Source: Phaeosaccion multiseriatum (lineage: Eukaryota; Protista; Ochrophyta, other classes). Taken from it: 64,000 nucleotides of DNA. Position 1 is the stretch's first letter. Every line of letters starts with the position of its first letter. Under the pieces are notes generated by a model. That model ran no database searches. It was not told where the DNA came from and saw only the letters and a list, made by a program, of their open reading frames with translations. Position numbers and translations under genes: made by a program. Below are positions 60,893 through 64,000 of the stretch, in pieces. Location: assembly GCA_965112735.1 (NCBI GenBank), contig OZ218950.1:4092001-4156000 (forward strand). Direction: 5' to 3'.

Positions 60893-62025
60893 CCTTGAGC
60901 TAATAGTTGTAGCTTAGCTCAAAGGGGTGTGTGTTGTGTTGCGGAGGTGTCAAAGAGGTGTCAAGAGTGGAAGTGCTGTCAGTCCACTGGGAAAAAGGGG
61001 TTGCTTTTCTTCCATGGTTGGGATTATTTTTTGTTGTGTGGGGTGTTGTGGTGGTAATTTTTATTCTTCTGTGCTGTCCTTTCTTTCCCATGAGCAGTGG
61101 GGAAGGGGGGGGGGGGGTAGGAGGCAAGTCTGGGCAGGTAGGTACGACCATGGAGGGGGGTTACGGGCAATACGTAGACAGTCACGCGTCCTGTGCGAAG
61201 GCGCTCCTCGCAGCACAGGCGCTGAGGGAGGGAGGGAAGGAAACACACACATCAGAGAAGAGAGGGAGGGAGAGAGAGGGAGGGGCTGTAGGTGTCTCTA
61301 TCTGTCTCTTCTCTGCCGATCTGCCACAGACGGGGCTTGGCTTGCGAGCGCCAAAGGGCAGGAGGCGCGAGGAGGGATGGGTGTGGGTATGCGGGGGAGA
61401 AGGAGGAGGTGGGAGCATATTCAACGGTAGAATAATAGGTGGGCGGGCGCGTTTGCGCCCTTGGAGCGCCAGCGAGCCCCTCCACTGCTCAACACATCAA
61501 ATATACTTTTACCTGCGTCTTGAAAGTGTTAATAGTTGTTTTTGGTCTTCATACTTCGCTCCCCTCCGCCGGTACTTGGGATTTTCTCCTTGGCTCCCCT
61601 TACTATACTATACCATGTGTAAACATATAATCGATTCTTAACGCTGTCTGTTTACAACCCGCCCCTATCCTGTGTCAAGTTAATCATCAGCCTCCGTCGT
61701 GCTCTCCTTATTCTCCTGTTGCCTCTATGTACGATTCCCCGCCCATTTGTAATGCCCGCCCCCCGTATATGCCCGTACCCTATCTCTATCTACACAGCCG
61801 TGACTATTTCATAAACGATAAAAAAAGTCTAAAACGTCGCTCGTCGCTACCTACATACAAACCCCAACTCCTTGACCGCTGCCTGCCTGAGCGTACTTGA
61901 AATTCCCTCACCTGTAGAGTCCTCATATCTCCTATGTATCCCCACTGACTCCCCCGCCACTCATAAATCTTCACACCCTCCCACCCATCCCCCTCTCTTG
62001 ACGGATACACCTCTCCCCGCCCGAT

Positions 62026-63221
62026 TCAAGCGAGCTGGTAGAGAGCCTCGATATTCGTCTCCTCGTCGTCGTAGAGAGCCTCGATATTCGTCTCCTCGTC
62101 CTCCTCCACCCCGTCGCCACTGCTGATGCTCATCGTTCCGCCCCAACCCCAACCTGAGTACACCGCCGGCCACCCGCTGCCTTCGATCATCTCCTCAACA
62201 CTTTGGCGCGAGGGCCTCGCCACTCTCTCTTCCACTTCCATGGCGCCGGGAAATAGCCGGCTCTGGCCTTGTTGCTGTCCTGGCTGCTCCTGCTGCTGCT
62301 CCTGCTGCTGCTGCTGCTGCTGGGACACCTCGCCCGTGTGGTGGGTGGGGGGTGCCAAGACCATGCCTTCGGGTACGAGGGCAGAGCCCACCCCTTCCCT
62401 CCGCTCGCAAAAGTCGTGAAGGTCTCGGCCCGTTAGACAGCCGGGTGTGGTCCCTGCGTATCGAGGGGGGTGAGGGACGTGGGGTGGAGTGGGGTGGGGG
62501 AGAAGGGGGGTCAGGGAAGAGAGAAGAAGGGGCCAGAACGACGAGAGAAAGAAGAAAGAAAGGGGAAGAAAGCGCATCTGCAGAGACAACCAAACACGTA
62601 CGGAAAAAACACTTACGGAAAAAGCCCACTTGCTGCAGGGCCACTCCGTAGTCCACCGCCTGCTGTTCCGTGGAGAAGGCGATGATAATTGCCTTCCCTC
62701 CCTCGTACCGGGAGTAGACACTCGGAGTTGAGGAACGGCCCTGCCGAAAAGGAGACACAGACAGTACAAAAGAGACGAGAAAGGCAGACACGGTGAGTAA
62801 GGCAGAAAGGAATCACGAATAGAGCATGCTACGGTCTGCCTTAGACAAGGAGTGAGTGCCACAAAAAGGAAGTGCGAGTAGAGCATGATACAATGTGCCT
62901 TACCTCGCTGGTGCCGTCGATAAGCAGAACCCAGGCCCGCTGTTGAGGTAGTACTTGCTGTTCAGCGAGGGAGGTTGCTTTCTTCCTCTCGGCCCATCGC
63001 TCCTCCTCATTCCCCCAGCGCCGCCTCTTCTTGTTGAAGATGGGGCTACGGGCCTCCCCACTGAGTGTACTACTCAGGCACACGCTTGGGCGAAGGGCTG
63101 ATGCTCTGCCGAGCGAGGGTGACGTTCCGGGAGACGGGTTGAAGGACGCTGTGGAGAAGCCGCTCGAGAAGGGAAATACGGAGAACAACCCGCACCCCAC
63201 AACATAGAGACTACGGCGCAT
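62026..63221 (-). CDS. Plastid-targeted DUF3110-like protein (cyanobacterial-type), 3 exons
   Basis: Exons 63221-62904, 62740-62617 and 62453-62026 splice in phase. Presequence MRRSLYVVGCGLFSVFPFSSG-F. Core AWVLL...IIIAFSTEQQAVDYGVALQQ...LHDFCE...LVPEGMVLAPP resembles DUF3110. Confidence 0.7.
62038..62100. repeat. 33-nt coding tandem duplication (DEETNIEALY x2)
   Basis: gtagagagcctcgatattcgtctcctcgtc repeated exactly. Confidence 0.95.
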
Positions 63222-63527
63222 GAATGGCGTTCTTCTGAATACTTCTACTGCTATATATATGCTTATATCGTTGTTATATCTCGGCGCTCGCTTATTGGAA
63301 ATTGGGAAGTTAGCGAAAGCGCTGCCTTTTTTCTCTCCCCCGACAGAAACTCCCGGGGGGTGTTCGGAGCCCCCGAAATTGCTCCCTTCTCGACCCTTCC
63401 CTTCCCCATCCTCACCATGCAAGATGTGGCTCGCTCCTTCTTGGGTTGGGTCGGCTCAACCGCGGAGCAGGTCCTGCCCTCCCTCTCCCTGACCCAGAGA
63501 GGGAGTAACAGGCCCTCCCGCTGGCCC

Positions 63528-63580
<53 letters not shown>

Positions 63581-63686
63581 ACGCACACACACACACGCAC
63601 ACACACACACACACTCGCGCACACACTTCCAGTTTCAGTTATAAGGTGATTCCTATTAAGTCATTTCCCCCTTTTTTCCTTCTCCC

Positions 63687-64000
63687 TTACACACCGAACT
63701 TGAATCCCCCCGCCCCACTCCCACTCGACCCCCCTGCAGGAGCAGGAGAAGGCTGACCGAAGCCGAACGAAAAGCCACCACTACCGCCTCCAGTCCCGGC
63801 GGCTCCTGAGGCCCCTCCGGCCGGGAAGGAGGGAGAAGCCCCGAAGGAAAAGCCGCCTCCAGTAGTGCCTCCGGTGCCAGTGCTGCTGCTGTTGGTGACA
63901 CCTCCCCCCCCCAACGAGAAGCCCCCTTGGCCGATCGAACCTGCAGGCGGTGTCACCTGTGCTCCTCCTCCTCCCCCAGCACTGTCTCCCTTGCTGAGGC
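63687..64000 (-). CDS. Partial FG-repeat (FxFG) protein, nucleoporin-like; 5' end outside the window
   Basis: GGFSLG, GGFSFG, GGFSFGFG and GGFKFG in a Gly/Ser/Thr linker. It ends at TAA 63687-63689 or splices at GT|GTAAG there. Confidence 0.55.
   Translation of the reverse strand, partial: LSKGDSAGGGGGAQVTPPAGSIGQGGFSLGGGGVTNSSSTGTGGTTGGGFSFGASPSFPAGGASGAAGTGGGSGGFSFGFGQPSPAPAGGSSGSGAGGFKFGV

Noticed and set aside
62026-64000. One gene joining the FG-repeat exon to the DUF3110 exons
   Set aside because: The DUF3110 gene has its own ATG and plastid presequence at 63221, and no convincing in-frame acceptor links them.

Overview
Eukaryotic, GC-rich, intron-dense and microsatellite-rich genomic DNA. 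It is most consistent with a photosynthetic, flagellated stramenopile (ochrophyte): two genes have signal peptide + ASAFAP-like plastid presequences, and centriolar WDR90 is present. Genes assembled by eye from GT-AG sites: 3' end of a coiled-coil protein; an RPA34-like Pol I subunit; a ~24.5 kb, ~37-exon VPS13 with a FFAT motif, DysF domain and two extra domains; an intron- and microsatellite-poor block (28-38 kb) with two tandem Cys-rich membrane-anchored genes, two paralogous ankyrin genes and an intronless SPP-like intramembrane protease; WDR90; a small single-pass membrane protein; plastid PAP-fibrillin; an intronless SAM-domain protein that looks like a kinesin-13 lacking its motor; a membrane-anchored GH1 beta-glucosidase; a plastid DUF3110-like protein; and part of an FG-repeat protein. 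The strongest leads are the motor-less kinesin-13 derivative, a dispersed 17-nt motif in both introns and exons, the VPS13 domain insertions, and the Cys-rich/ankyrin/SPPL block. All homology calls rest on motif recognition from memory, not on database searches. No rRNA, tRNA, CRISPR array or intact transposase was seen.
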